A DNA stretch of 48,499 nucleotides from an uncultured virus (IMG/VR IMGVR_UViG_2061766007_001600) (IMGVR_UViG_2061766007_001600); one strand, 5' to 3'. Numbered from the stretch's first letter, positions 31,411 to 43,755 are shown. The notes: generated by a model from the sequence alone, not told the origin. Numbers and translations are program-made.

Positions 31411-33273
31411 TACTTAATCAGTTTATGCGAAAAATAGGATATATCAGCGAAAAGAACTTAGTAACTGTAGCTTTTGAAGTATATGACAAAAATTGCACCG
31501 AGAAAGCGACAGATGAAAAGGATTTTTACTTTCGATCAGGCAATGCTAATGCTGTTGGGTATATCTGCGGAAGGCTTGGGATAGATATTACAAAACTGAT
31601 AAAGCAGAGGAACAAGAGGGCGAGTGATGAAGTGTAGAGAATGTACTTTTATGAGCGATTTTGGGGATGGATTATACCGATGCACGAATCACGATAGCAT
31701 CCATTACATGGAATACACAGGTGTGTGTTGTGAAGATGAATGTGATGATGGCGAATATCTTGTGCCACCAGAACAGGAGGAATCATGATGAATAGTCCTG
31801 TACTTGATTCGCTCTGTTTGGCACATCACCCAAGATGGATTGAGATTAGTGATGCGAAAGGATGGATTCGCTTGATTTGTTCTAATTGTGGCGAACCGAA
31901 AACTTGTAGGAAGAAAAACATTCCGAAGGTATGCCCTGGTTGTAAGGAAAAAATGGAGGGTGAATGAGTGAAAAAGGACTTTACAGGAAACTGCAAAAGA
32001 ATTTCTGCATCGGCTGTGATNNNNNNNNNNNNNNNNNNNNNAATGCAAAGAACGCATGCAAACGTTGCCGGAAGGTGAATACGAAAAGAGAAAAGAAAAG
32101 ATGGGAACAGGAGAGTGAGAGATGAACAATCAGGAAGCGATTAAGTGGCTAAGAGAAGCCGAAATCCTTGACCTTGCCAGTGGAAATACAAAGGACAGGG
32201 AAGCGGTTGACTTAGCGGTGGAGACGATGGAGAAGCAGATACCGATGAAGCCTGTTATTGGGTANNNNNNNNNNNNNTGAAGAGAACTGATCCAGAAAAG
32301 GCGCAAACAAAAACTGATTGCTGTCCTGTATGCGGAAGAACATTAGGAGTAAGTAAGTTTGTACAAACAAAATCGGGGTTACGGTTTGGTGATTTGCATT
32401 GTAAGCGGTGCGGTCAGGCTATTGATTGGGAGGGCGAAGGATGACAAGGGAGGATATGTTAGACTGCTTGCACTATGAACTCGAAAATCTCAGGGTGGCA
32501 CGAGGGTCAGACTATAGTGGCGTAGAAGCTATAGAGATGGCAATCAAAATGCTGGAACCGCAGGAACTCTCCAAAAACTCTCCAAAACTCGACAAGGAAA
32601 ATGGAGACTTGCAACCAACTTGCAACCAACTTGCAACTGGCACCATCAGCCGACAGGCGGCGATTGATGCGCTTGCGAAGCAGATGCCACGGTCATATAC
32701 GCCAGATGGTTNNNNNNNNNNNNNNNNNNNNNNNNNNNNNNNNNNNNNNNNNNNNNNNNNTCAAAACTATTGAAATACTGCCATCCGCACAGCCAGAACC
32801 CTGTGTGAATACGATAGATGCGCTTAATGAAAGTATTAAGCATTTTGATGATATGGCAGAAGAATGTCGGAGAAATGCAAACATTGAGCGAAATGATTAT
32901 ATGGATATGAGGGATGATGCCGCANNNNNNNNNNNNNNNNNNNNNNNNNNNNNNNNNNGGTTGAATGAACTGAAGTGGCTTAGGGAACGGTTTCAATCAC
33001 AGCCAGAGATCGTGCGGTGCAAGGACTGCGAATACTGTGTACCCGGCTATATCACAGATAACGATGATTTTATCCCGCCAAGATGTGGGAGGTTGCGTCA
33101 GACGATGCGNNNNNNNNNNNNNNNNNNNNNNNNNNNNNNNNNNNNNNNNNNNNNNNNNNNNNNNNNNNNNNNNNNNNNNNNNNNNNNNNNNNNNNNNNNN
33201 NNNNNNNNNNNNNNNNNNNNNNNNNNNNNNNNNNNNNNNNNNNNNNNNNNNNNNNNNNNNNNNNNNNNNNNNN

Positions 33274-34393
33274 CACTTTATGCGCAATGGAGCCCACAAT
33301 CGGCGCGGAAGACCGTGTTTTCGGAGAATTACAGGTTGCTCCGGATTACAAGGAAGTTATTGCATTTATAAATACCCTGCAATTGAAGCTCGGTCTTAAC
33401 GATGATTATTCTATTGAATGCGGTTACGAGGCTGGCTGTCTCGGATATACCCTATACCACCAGCTTACCAATGCCGGAATCGAGTGCGTGATTCTTGCGC
33501 CGACAACTATGCTTACTCAGCAAGGCCAACGGATCAAAACGGATAAAAGGGATGCACGCCTGATCGCGCAGTGCCTGTGTTATGGAGGGTACCATCCAAT
33601 TTATATCCCTACTGGAGAAGATGATTCTGTAAAAGAATATCTCCGAATGAGAGACGATCATAAACTGGCATTGAAAAAACTGAAACAGCAGATCAACGCA
33701 TATGTCCTTCGGCATGGGCACCAGTATACCGGAACCAAGTGGACCATCAAACATGTCACCTGGTTGAAGAAACTGGATTTCGATCCTGTGTATCGGGAAA
33801 CACTTAACGAATACTTGGCTTCCTATGAAGAGCAGGAAGCAAAGATCGAACGTTTCGATAAAAGGATCGAAGAGATAGCTACCGAAGCACGCTATCAGGA
33901 AAATGCGAAAAAGCTGGGCTGTCTCCTTGGGATCCGTACACACACGGCACTGTCCCTGATTGTGGAGACCGGAGACTTTAAGCGTTTTGCCAAAGGGAAT
34001 ACCTATGCGGCGTTCCTGGGACTGGCACCCGGTGAGCATTCCAGTTCAAAAAATGTAAACAGGCTTGGAATCTCCAAAGCAGGGAATGCACATCTGCGCT
34101 GGCTTCTGATTGAATCAGCAAAAGCCCTTTGCAAAGGAGTTGTCGGTTATAAGTCCAAGGCGCTCCGCGCCAGACAGAGCGGACAGTCAGCTGAAGTCAT
34201 AGCTTATGCTGATAAAGCGAATACCCGGCTGCGCAGCAAGTACTACAGGATGATCCGCCATGGAAAGAAGAATAATGTGGCAGTTGCTGCTGTAGCAAGA
34301 GAACTTGCCTGCTTCATTTGGGGTATGATGACTGGAAACATCTGCCTAACTCCCGGATCAGGTACATCAGCTCCGGCTGCCAGTCAAGGGTAA
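33274..34393 (+). CDS. IS110 DEDD transposase/recombinase
   Basis: GYEAG, KTDKRDA, FLGLAPGEHSS, ISKAGNAHLR, VAVAAVAREL. Confidence 0.93.
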
Positions 34394-34785
34394 AATGAAC
34401 CGCTATGCGGCCTTTGACAGCCAACCGTCCCTGATGAAACCCGCAACCAGGTAGCAATCAGCAGTAAACTGCAGCTTGCTGCCCAACAGAAACTATTGAA
34501 ATAAATATCTGTCAGCATCTGCAAGGAGCTGTGATCACTGTAAGGTTTGAGCTATCTGCGTGCCTGCTATGTTGGCACTTCGGTGATCCACGCACTTAGA
34601 TCGCAGAGCTCTCGGCGGAACCATTAGCCTGTCGGTAACCAATCCACGAATAACAGAGTGGCCACATGCCGGGAACTGTTAAATCAGAGCTCCTTCCAAA
34701 TGCTGACAGAATCACACAAATGTGGCGGTCAGGAAAAGCTTGTTGAGCGTTCGATTTACTCTTGACAAAGGTCACTTCATAACAG
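33274..34785 (+). mobile_element. IS110-family element (left end in gap) with ~390-nt 3' non-coding region
   Basis: Transposase, structured 3' region, outward TTGACA at 34762 near the right end. Confidence 0.85.
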
Positions 34786-35092
34786 CAGACAGGCTGCGAT
34801 ATATTCGCTTTCACTTGGTAAAGAAATACTTAGTCGTGTGCTGGACGATATAGATGTCGTTGGCATGGACAGAGAGAAGTATTCGTGGGGGCTTAGATTG
34901 ATTGAATCACACATCAATTACATCGAGCAATTGCCATCCGCACAGCCAGAACCACTATCCGATGCCTATATGAACGCAGTATGGACATGGTTGCTTGATT
35001 ACCAGATCAAGACGGCAAAACTAAAAGGCAGATATACACCGTATGAAGTGTTGTCGTGGGTAGCAAGTGATTGGAGGAAAGAGCATGAGTGA
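34786..35092 (+). pseudogene. SRQAAI...LPSAQPE-type phage gene disrupted by IS110
   Basis: AGCAGACAGGCTGCGAT abuts the IS end; SLSLGKEILSRVLDD...LPSAQPE continues after a small indel. Confidence 0.55.
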
Positions 35093-35372
35093 TCTGATAA
35101 GCAGACAGGCGGCGATTGATGGTAACCACCTGAAGCGATGGATTTTATCGAGNNNNNNNNNNNNNNNNNNNNNNNNNNNNNNNNNNNNNNNNNNNNNNNN
35201 NNNNNNNNNNNNNNNNNNNNNNNNNNNNNNNNNNNNNNNNNNNNNNNNNNNNNNNNNNNNNNNNNNNNNNNNNNNNNNNNNNNNNNNNNNNNNNNNNNGA
35301 GGAACACCCATTTCGATTTATTGTGGGAGAAGACGGATTTTGCAGTTTTGCAGAAAGGAGTGAAGAGCAGGA

Positions 35373-38028
35373 ATGACCAGAGAAGAAGCGATTGATGAAA
35401 TAACGGAAAGAATCGGTTCCGCATTATTTGTGGATAACAGTTATGCTGACTGTGTTTCTATTGATGCATTAAAAATGGCAATCAAAGCACTGAAACAGGA
35501 ACCGTGCGAGGATGCGGTGAGTCGTGAAGCAGTAACAGATGTAATCAGGCATTCTGGTCCTATGTCAAGATTTAGCGCAAAATAAAATGAGAAATTTCTC
35601 GTTGTGATGGGTTACCTCTTTCGGAGTGNNNNNNNNNNNNNNNNNNNNNNNNNNNNNNNNNNNNNNNNNNNNNNNNNNNNNNNNNNNNNNNNNNNNNNNN
35701 NNNNNNNNNNNNNNNNNNNNNNNNNNNNNNNNNNNNNNNNNNNNNNGCAGCTACTTTCGCATAGAGTCTCTCAAACTGATCCGGTGACATGTAATCACAA
35801 TGACTGTGAATGCGGACGGTGTTGTAGAAAGTCTCAATGTATTCGAAGACAAGCCGGTAGGCATGGTGATGATCTTCGATCCTGAACCGGTCAAGCCACT
35901 CACGTTTGATCAGAGAGTGGAAGGATTCAATGCAGGCATTGTCATAAGGATAACCTTTATGGCTGTAGCTAAGCTGAAACTTCTCTGTGGCTTCGCGGTA
36001 AGCTTGTGAAACATACTGGCTCCCCCGGTCTGAATGAAGAATCAGTGGCTGATCGGTATTACGACGGGCTTTCGCCTTGTTAACGGTGTCAAGTACACAT
36101 GATACCTCCATGTTATCTGAGAGGGTCCAGGCGATGATCTTTCGGGAGAACAGATCCATGATGCTGGTAAGGTAAGCAAAGCCATCGCAAGTCCAGATAT
36201 AGGTAATGTCCGTGCACCAGACGGCGTTTGGACGGTCAGGGTTGAATTGCTCCTTTAACACGTTATGCAGTTCCTTGGAGAAGTCGGAATCCTTTGTGGT
36301 GGCGATCCAGGGTTTGGACCACTGAGCGCGGATGCCCATCTCGCGCATGTACTTGCCAACAGTGCGTTCCGAGATTTTCTCGCCGACCTTGCGAAGCTCG
36401 GCGGTGATTTTGGGAGCCCCGTAGTTCTGCTTGGATTTATCGTAGATCTTTCGGATCTTCTGCTTAATGGCATCCTTCCGCTGCTGGGCGGCAGAAGGCT
36501 TGTGCCTGGTGAAAGCACGGTAGCCGGAGCGGGAAACGCCTAAGTGTTTCAGCATTCCGGAGATGGAGACACGGCGTTTGGATATTTTGGATGTCTCCAC
36601 CTTGGCAGCAACTTCCGTATAGATGGCTNNNNNNNNNNTACGCATGAGACCTCCATGTTGTCTGAGAGAGTCCAGGCGATGATCTTTCGGGAGTATAGAT
36701 CCATGATGCTGGTAAGGTAAGCAAAGCCATCGAAAGTCCAGATATAGGTGATGTCCGTGCACCAGACGGCGTTGGGACGGTCGGGGTTGAATTGTTCTTT
36801 TAACACGTTATGCAGCTGCTTTGAGAAGTCGGAATCCTTTGTAGTGGCGATCCAGGGTTTGGACCACTGGGCTCGGATGGCCATCTCGCGCATGTACTTG
36901 CCAACAGTGCGTTCCGAGATCTTCTCACCGTCCTTACGAAGCTCGGCGGTGATTTTCGGGGCTNNNNNNNNNNNNNNNNNNNNNNNNNNNNNNNNNNNNN
37001 NNNNNNNNNNNNNNNNNNNNNNNNNNNNNNNNNNNNNNNNNNNNNNNNNNNNNNNNNNNNNNNNNNNNNNNNNNNNNNNNNNNNNNNNNNNNCTTTGGAC
37101 GCCTCCACCTTGGCAGCAACCTCGGTATAAATGGCTGTTGTCAGTCTTTTCCCAGAATGCCGATGGCTTTTTTTAGGACATCAAGGGCGTCCTGGGCATC
37201 ACGAAGTTCACGCTTGAGACGAGCTATTTCTTTCTGCTCATCAGAAGCGTAGTTGCCGGAACCACGGACAGGAATATCACCATCGTTCTTCTCGTACTGC
37301 TGTTTCCAGCGGGACAGNNNNNNNNNNTTGGGCATCACGAAGTTCACGCTTGAGACGGGCGATTTCCTTCTGCTCATCAGAAGCGTAGTTACCGGAACCG
37401 CGGACAGGTATATCACCATCGTTTTTCTCGTACTGTTGTTTCCAGCGGGACAGGGTGCTTAGACCGATACCAAGGTTCTTACAGCACTCTTCCTGAGTGA
37501 GATCGGGATGTTCGCGGACATACTTCAGGGCATCAAGCTTAAACTGTTTATCGTGTTGTTTACCTTTACGTGACATGATGGGATCCTCCTTTGAGATCAG
37601 CTAATATCATAACATTGATCACTGGAGAAATCTCATTTTAGCTTGAGCTATTTAGATACTAACACCATTCAGATATCTTTTCAACATGGTACGAGATGGA
37701 CGATACTGACGACATTGTTGCAGAAGTCATTGACGAGGCACGAAAACAACTTGTGGATGATGTGAATGAATTGCCATCCGTCACACCAAAATGTCCTGAA
37801 TGTGATGATGTGGTGAGCCGGAGGGCGGCTATAGATGTGGCAGAAAACGCATTCGTAAGAGGTTTGCTTGCATCACCTGATATACGGAAGTTGCCATCCG
37901 TACATCCAGAACCGAAGTGGATTCCTGTCAGTGAGAGGTTGTCAGATGACCTTGGTGACTATCTTGTATCCATCAAAAGAATCGGGTGGAATATGGAAGA
38001 ATATGTCGAGAATGATATCGCATATTGA
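35373..38028 (+). pseudogene. Phage gene interrupted by IS3
   Basis: Removing 35555-37670 restores in-frame VIRH-S-DIFSTWYE-MDDTDD joining ORFs 35373 and 37696. Confidence 0.8.
35555..37667 (-). mobile_element. IS3-family element with internally repeated orfA/orfB segments (likely assembly artefact)
   Basis: TGGT..TAGC(G/T)CAA..TAAAATGAGA terminal IRs, 3-bp TSD TTC (35552-54, 37668-70), DDE motifs WCTDITY, HSDRGSQY, DNACIESF; A7G slippery site at 37167-37174. Confidence 0.92.
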
Positions 38029-38113
38029 GATGACTTGGAAGGCTTTCACAAGGCTGATGAAGTCCTCGCTTGGATGCCGCTTCCAGAGCCATACAGAGCG
38101 GAAAGGAGAACCG

Positions 38114-38688
38114 ATGCGAGACAGACTTAATTGTCCAAATTGCGGTGCGCCAATCACAAGCACAGAATGTCCTTACTGCGGCTCAGTGTTTTTTGACTTT
38201 GCTACGCTTGATGACAGAAAACAAACGTATACTCAGATCGTTCAGTGCAGGCATTGCGAACACTTGGACGTATCATTGGGACTCTGTATGAAACATGGTT
38301 ACTATATGTACGAAGGTGATTATTGTATTAGTTCAGAAAGGGGACCAGATGCCTGACAACAAACAAATAAATCAGAATCACTACTGTAACACATGTAAAC
38401 ACGCTTTGAAGCCGATGACACAGGCTCCTTGCTCCAAGTGTGTACCAAGAGTATTCGGTGGTATAGACCGCTGGGAAGCAAGGGAGAGTCAAGATGGTTC
38501 TGTGGATAAAGGTATCGAACGATGAATATGAGTTGCCGGAGATAGTTGCAGATACGTCAACCGAGTTATCAAGGATGTGTGGGTTAGACAGAAACTCCGT
38601 GCAATCAGCGATATCAAACGCAAAGAGGCGGAAGAACAAGTGCCAGTACATCAAGGTAGAAATAGATGATGAAGAGGACCAGGAGTGA
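38114..38688 (+). CDS. Three small hypothetical proteins (two Cys-rich)
   Basis: CPNCGAP..CPYCG; CNTCKH; DEYELPEIVADT..EL. Confidence 0.55.
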
Positions 38689-38854
38689 GAGAAGAGCCAC
38701 AGAGTCCTGAAGCATGGTTGAAGTATGCAAAGTATCCTATAAACGTGCGATATAAGATAAAAAGCAAAGTAAAATAATGCACTGATGGTGCGCTGACAGG
38801 AGAGCCGATTACAGAACGGTTCTTTTTTTATGCACAGATAACGGAGGATTGAGA

Positions 38855-39184
38855 ATGAGCGAAGCGAAGACGTACGACCAGACAGCAAAAGCTGATGGTG
38901 GGAAGCTGAGATTTTCACTGGTGCCAAAGCAGATCATTTATGCGGTGGCAAAGATCAGGAAGTACGGAACAGATAAATACCACGACCCAGACAACTGGAA
39001 GAGGGTAGAGCCGGAGCGGTATTGGGAAGCAGCACTCAGGCACATGATGGCTGCCTGGAATGATTATGAAGCGGTAGATGAGGAGAGCGGATTCATGCAC
39101 ATAGAACATGCGGCATGCAATCTTGCGTTCCTGTTAGAGATGATCGAGGAAAGGAGGGAATCTGATGGCTGGAAAACATTATGA
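38855..39184 (+). CDS. dATP/dGTP diphosphohydrolase-like protein (DUF5664)
   Basis: KADGGKLRFSLVP, YGTDKY..DNW, AALRHM, DEESG..H..HAACNLAFL. Confidence 0.8.
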   Translation: MSEAKTYDQTAKADGGKLRFSLVPKQIIYAVAKIRKYGTDKYHDPDNWKRVEPERYWEAALRHMMAAWNDYEAVDEESGFMHIEHAACNLAFLLEMIEERRESDGWKTL

Positions 39185-39666
39185 AGCAGAGCCGTGGGAA
39201 CGGCAAGCAGATGAGTCAGCAAAGGCTTTTGAAGCGTTTATTTTGTATCGAGATATGGGAGCATCGAGGTCGGTAAGNNNNNNNNNNNNNNNNNNNNNNN
39301 NNNNNNNNNNNGTCGAGTGCTTATAACTGGGTTGAGAGATCTTCCGCATGGGATACCGAACAGGACCGGCTCAACAGAGAAAAACAGATTCAGGAAATAG
39401 CGAAAATGCGCACCAGGCACACGAAACTGGCCGAGTCGATGCTGCTGAAAGCGGCAAGAGCACTTCAGAAGCTTGACCCGGAGGACATGAATTCAAACAA
39501 CATCACACGCATGGTGGACGTAGCAACGCAGCTTGAGCGGTTGTCGAGGGGAGATACGACCGATTCGATTGAGATCAGAGATGGTGGCAAATCTGAACCC
39601 GCAGTAACTTTCTATATGCCTGACAATGGGAGGGATACAGAGGATGCCGATAACATTCAAATCTGA
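39165..39666 (+). CDS. Probable terminase small subunit
   Basis: PWERQADESAKAFEAF..YRDMG..RS, YMPDNGRD; upstream of TerL. Confidence 0.65.
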
Positions 39667-39949
39667 AAGAAAGAAGATCTTAAAGAGGATGTATTACGAC
39701 ATGTGTGACGAATGGCTGATGGAGGTGATGAAAAGCAGAACGCTCACAAAGGATCAACAGGAAGAGATGAAAAAAGACGTAATAGAGTGGAAGGTGGAGN
39801 NNNNNNNNNNNNNNNNNNNNNNNNNNNNNNNNNNNNNNACGCACTATAATAAAATACCTGAATAATTGAAATGCACAGATGTGCGTGATTACAATGAGGA
39901 GCAAGGATGGTGTCTGCTCCTTTTTGTATGCAGAGGAGGGGTGGACATA

Positions 39950-41328
39950 ATGCGTGAACTACGACCGCAGAAGGGNNNNNNNNNNNNNNNNNNNNNNNNN
40001 NNNNNNNNNNNNNNNNNNNNNNNNNNNNNNNNNNNNNNNNNNNNNNNNNNNNNNNNNNNNNNNNNNNNNGATTCAACTGTGTCATATTCCGGAGAACGAT
40101 GGCTCAGGTCATGAACTCAGGATCGATTTGGGATGCGTCTTTCGGTATTTACAACCTGTATCCGGGAGCAAGGCCGGTTAAGACACCAAGACCGAACTGG
40201 CGGTTTCCGAGCGGAGCGAATGTGATGTTTGCTCACATGCAGGATGAAAGCACAAAGATGGACTATCAAGGTGCTGAAATCTGCCTGATTGAGTATGACG
40301 AACTGACACACTTCACTGAAGGGCAATTCTGGTATCTGCTTTCGAGAAACAGATCTACATGTGGAGTGAAGCCGTATATCAGGGCTACATGTAACCCAGA
40401 CCCAGACTCATTTGTCGCAAAACTTATCTCATGGTGGTGGGATCCCAAAACCGGATACGCAATACCGGANNNNNNNNNNNNNNNNNNNNNNNNNNNNNNN
40501 NNNNNNNNNNNNNNNNNNNNNNNNNNNNNNNNNNNNNNNNNNAGCGTCCTACACGTTGGACAACTTCATCCTCTCATTTACGTTCATAGCTTCGAGTGTG
40601 TACGACAACCAGGAACTGCTCAGGCAGAACCCTATGTACCTGACAAACCTTCAGGCGATGGGTCTTGTCGAAAGAGAACGTCTGCTGAAAGGGAACTGGC
40701 TGATAAGACCGGCAGCCGGGCTTCTGTTCAAGAGGGTTCAGGCGACAGTGGTAGATGAGATTCCTGATGATGTTGCCCGATGGGTAAGAGGCTGGGACCT
40801 CGCAGCAACGGAGAAGGACGAAAACGGAGAGGCGGCATACACAGCCGGTGTACTGATCGGAAAGCGGAAGAATGGTAAATACNNNNNNNNNNNNNNNNNN
40901 NNNNNNNNNNNNNNNNNAGTGCGAAAGCTGATTCTCAACACTTCGAGAACAGACAAGAAGCAGTATAAGCACAGGGTGAAGGTACGGCTTCCGCAAGACC
41001 CTGGACAAGCTGGAAAAGACCAGGCAGCAAATTTNNNNNNNNNNNNNNNNNNNNNNNNNNNNNNNNNNNNNNNNNNNNNNNNNNNNNNNNNGGTGACAAG
41101 GTGACGAGGGCAGAACCGTTTGCAGCGCAATGGCAAGCCGGAAATGTCGATGTTCTTGCCGGAGAGTGGAATGAGATGTATTTCAACCAGCTTGAGTCAT
41201 TTCCAGACGGTAAGTGGAAAGACATGGTTGATGCCAGCTCATCCGCATTTGCGGAACTGGAGAAAGCGAATACATCTTCCGCACCGCCTCAGGAAGCTGG
41301 AAATACAAAATCAAGTTATTGGAGATAA
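39950..41328 (+). CDS. terL: Terminase large subunit
   Basis: YQGAE..IEYDELTHF, RATCNPDP, RGWDLAA, QDPGQAGK, FPDG..DMVDASS. Confidence 0.92.
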
Positions 41329-41344
41329 GGAGAGTGCTGAAGCA

Positions 41345-43207
41345 TNNNNNNNNNNNNNNNNNNNNNNNNNNNNNNNNNGGCCGGTTAGGTCAGAAAAGGT
41401 TTTATAACGGCATATTCTATGAAGAGTTCGTCCCTGAATTAAATGGAAAAAGGGGCGTAGAAGCGTTCAAGGAAATGTCGAACAACGATGCTATCGTTGG
41501 CGGCATTCTCTATGCCATAGAAATGCTGATAAGGCAGTGTAAGTTTACGGTCGCACCGGGTGGTGACACTGAGATCGACAAAAAGGCTGCTGAATTTGTC
41601 GAGGAATGCATGAATGACATGGAGTACACGTGGCAGGATACGCTTTCCGAGATCCTCAGCTACCTGACGTACGGATGGTCATATCATGAGATAGTCTACA
41701 AGATCCGTAACGGCAAGAAAAAGGACATCGGACNNNNNNNNNNNNNNNNNNNNNCGGTTGGAAGAAGCTGCCGATTCGTTCCCAGGATACGTTCTATGAG
41801 TGGAAATACGAGGAAAACAGTGACAAGCTGTTAGGCATGGTGCAGTGTGCACCACCGAATTACAGCCAGGTTCTGATCCCTATCGAAAAAGCACTGCATT
41901 TCACTACGAAGTCTATCAAAGCAAACCCGGAAGGTAAGTCAATCCTGAGAAGTGCGTACAGGGCATGGTACTTTGTCAAGCGGATCGAGGAGATCGAGGG
42001 TATCGGTATAGAGAGGGATCTTGCCGGATTTCCGACTTTGACCGCACCGGAAGACATGGATCTGTGGGACCCAGACGNNNNNNNNNNNNNNNNNNNNNNN
42101 NNNNNNNNNNNNNNCTGGATTCGATTTGCGAGGTGTTTAATAACCAGGGCATAAGAAGACTTATCGACATCAATGGAAAGGCATTTGAGGGCATTACAGA
42201 CTATCCTACGATGCGCCACAGCGATATTGAGACACCAGATCTTGCAGCATTCTCATCGTTCCTGAAGACGATGATTGATACTGGTGTTATCAAGCCAGAT
42301 GATGAACTTGAAAGATACGTTCGACAGATTGGAAGTCTACCAGAAAAAGTTGTGTCAGAAGAACCGGACGCAGAAGACGATGGCGAAATGTCTCCCGATG
42401 AAGAAAAATCAGAATCTGCAACGATGTATAAAATCCAGTCTGCACTGGATAAATATATCCGGGGGAAATTCCCAAGAGATCTTACAAAGCAGATGCTTCT
42501 TGGAATAGGTATTTCTGATGAAAGAGCAGAGGAATACCTGCGGCTTATAGATGAGAATCACAAACTGACATCTGATGGTCAGACGGNNNNNNNNNNNNNN
42601 NNNNNNNNNNNNNNNNNNNNNNNNNNNNNNNNNNNNNNNNNNNNNNNNNNNNNNNNNNNNNNNNNNNNNNNNNNNNNNNNNNNNNNNNNNNNNNNNNNNN
42701 NNNNNNNNNNGCATCTGACAGAACATAAACGGATCGAGCCTGCGGAGAGAGAAGAACCCACACATGGGAACAGGCGACCGGTTAGAGAAAAAGTTCTTCC
42801 GATCAGGAAGCCGAAACTGAGAGAAGAAAGACTTCATGCACAGCAGGATCAGAAAGAAGAGCCTGAAAGTGATCAGAGATTAGAGAGGAAACTCGATGAA
42901 NNNNNNNNNNNNNNNNNNNNNNNNNNNNNNNNNNNNNNNNNNNNNNNNNNNNAGTGAAAAACCTCAGGATAATAAACGACCACAGAGAGAACAAGAGCAT
43001 AAAGACAGTGGAAACAAACGTCCACAAGCGCAGGAAGAAACCGTACATGAGGAAGGAAACAAAAGACCTGTAGAAGAGGACACCAAGCATCAGGAAAACG
43101 GCAATAGAAGACCACAGATACATCCGAACGGACTCAAAGATCATGTGATGGCTGCGAGAGGACATATGCCAGAGTACGAGCGAAAGAAGGAAGATGAGGA
43201 ATCCTGA
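41345..43207 (+). CDS. Portal protein (DUF935/Mu gp29-like) with a charged repetitive tail that may be a separate ORF
   Basis: YGWSYHEIVYK, NPEGKSILRSAYRAWYF, EGIGIERDLAG; follows TerL. Confidence 0.8.
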
Positions 43208-43460
43208 AAAAGACATCAGAACAGTCTATCAGAGAGGTGAGTTCGCTATCCAGGAAGTGAAGGATGGCTACATCATTTGGAACACTGAAAAGAATTTTCA
43301 GGACGGTCACACGCATATCAGCGACCTGGATACTGCGAAGAGGATCATAAGCCTGTCTGTGCATAAGGAGGTGCCGAAGAAACTGAGCAGATACCTGAGG
43401 GTATCGCTCATTCGGCTGTCCAGTGATTCTGATTATACAGCGAGGATCATGGCTGGNNNN
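43194..43460 (+). CDS. conserved hypothetical phage protein
   Basis: YIIWNTEKNFQDGHTHI...SLIRLS; fusion to next ORF is across an N gap. Confidence 0.6.
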
Positions 43461-43478
43461 NNNNNNNNNNNNNNNNNN

Positions 43479-43733
43479 GTATCCAGGATGCGCAAGGGGA
43501 GCAAACTCACCAGGGAGAAGTGGGTTGATGGAATGTACACTTTTTACATACCGGACAGAGTGTTTCACTATTCCGAACTGGATGAGCAGTTTCAGGAGAA
43601 GCTGAACAACACACATTCTGATGAGGTGATGGTAAAAGGATTCTTCAACATGAGGGATCAGAACGGCACTCTTATTGTCGGCTGGATGGCATCAATGGAA
43701 GACATGCTTGCGGACGACTGGCGGATTGTCAGG
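43479..43733 (+). CDS. DUF2829/Tad2-like protein (ends in gaps)
   Basis: KGSKLTREKW..GM...GWMASMEDMLADDW matches the GxxxxRxxW...WxxSxxDxLAxDW pattern. Confidence 0.75.
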
Positions 43734-43755
43734 NNNNNNNNNNNNNNNNNNNNNG

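Larger units (their letters stand above)
28793..32423 (+). repeat. Dispersed 15-nt gene-junction repeat GGAGGGCGAGTGATG
   Basis: Exact at 30172, 30317, 30591, 30923, 31069, 31222; variants at 28793, 29793, 29969, 31395, 31615, 32409. Confidence 0.85.
25600..33100 (+). other. Array of ~25 small co-oriented, translationally coupled accessory ORFs (many Cys-rich)
   Basis: Stop/start overlaps, repeated junction motif, internal paralogs. Confidence 0.7.

Noticed and set aside
28793..32423. CRISPR array or DGR explanation for the repeats
   Set aside because: Spacing is irregular and gene-sized; no cas or reverse transcriptase gene; paralog differences are not adenine-specific.
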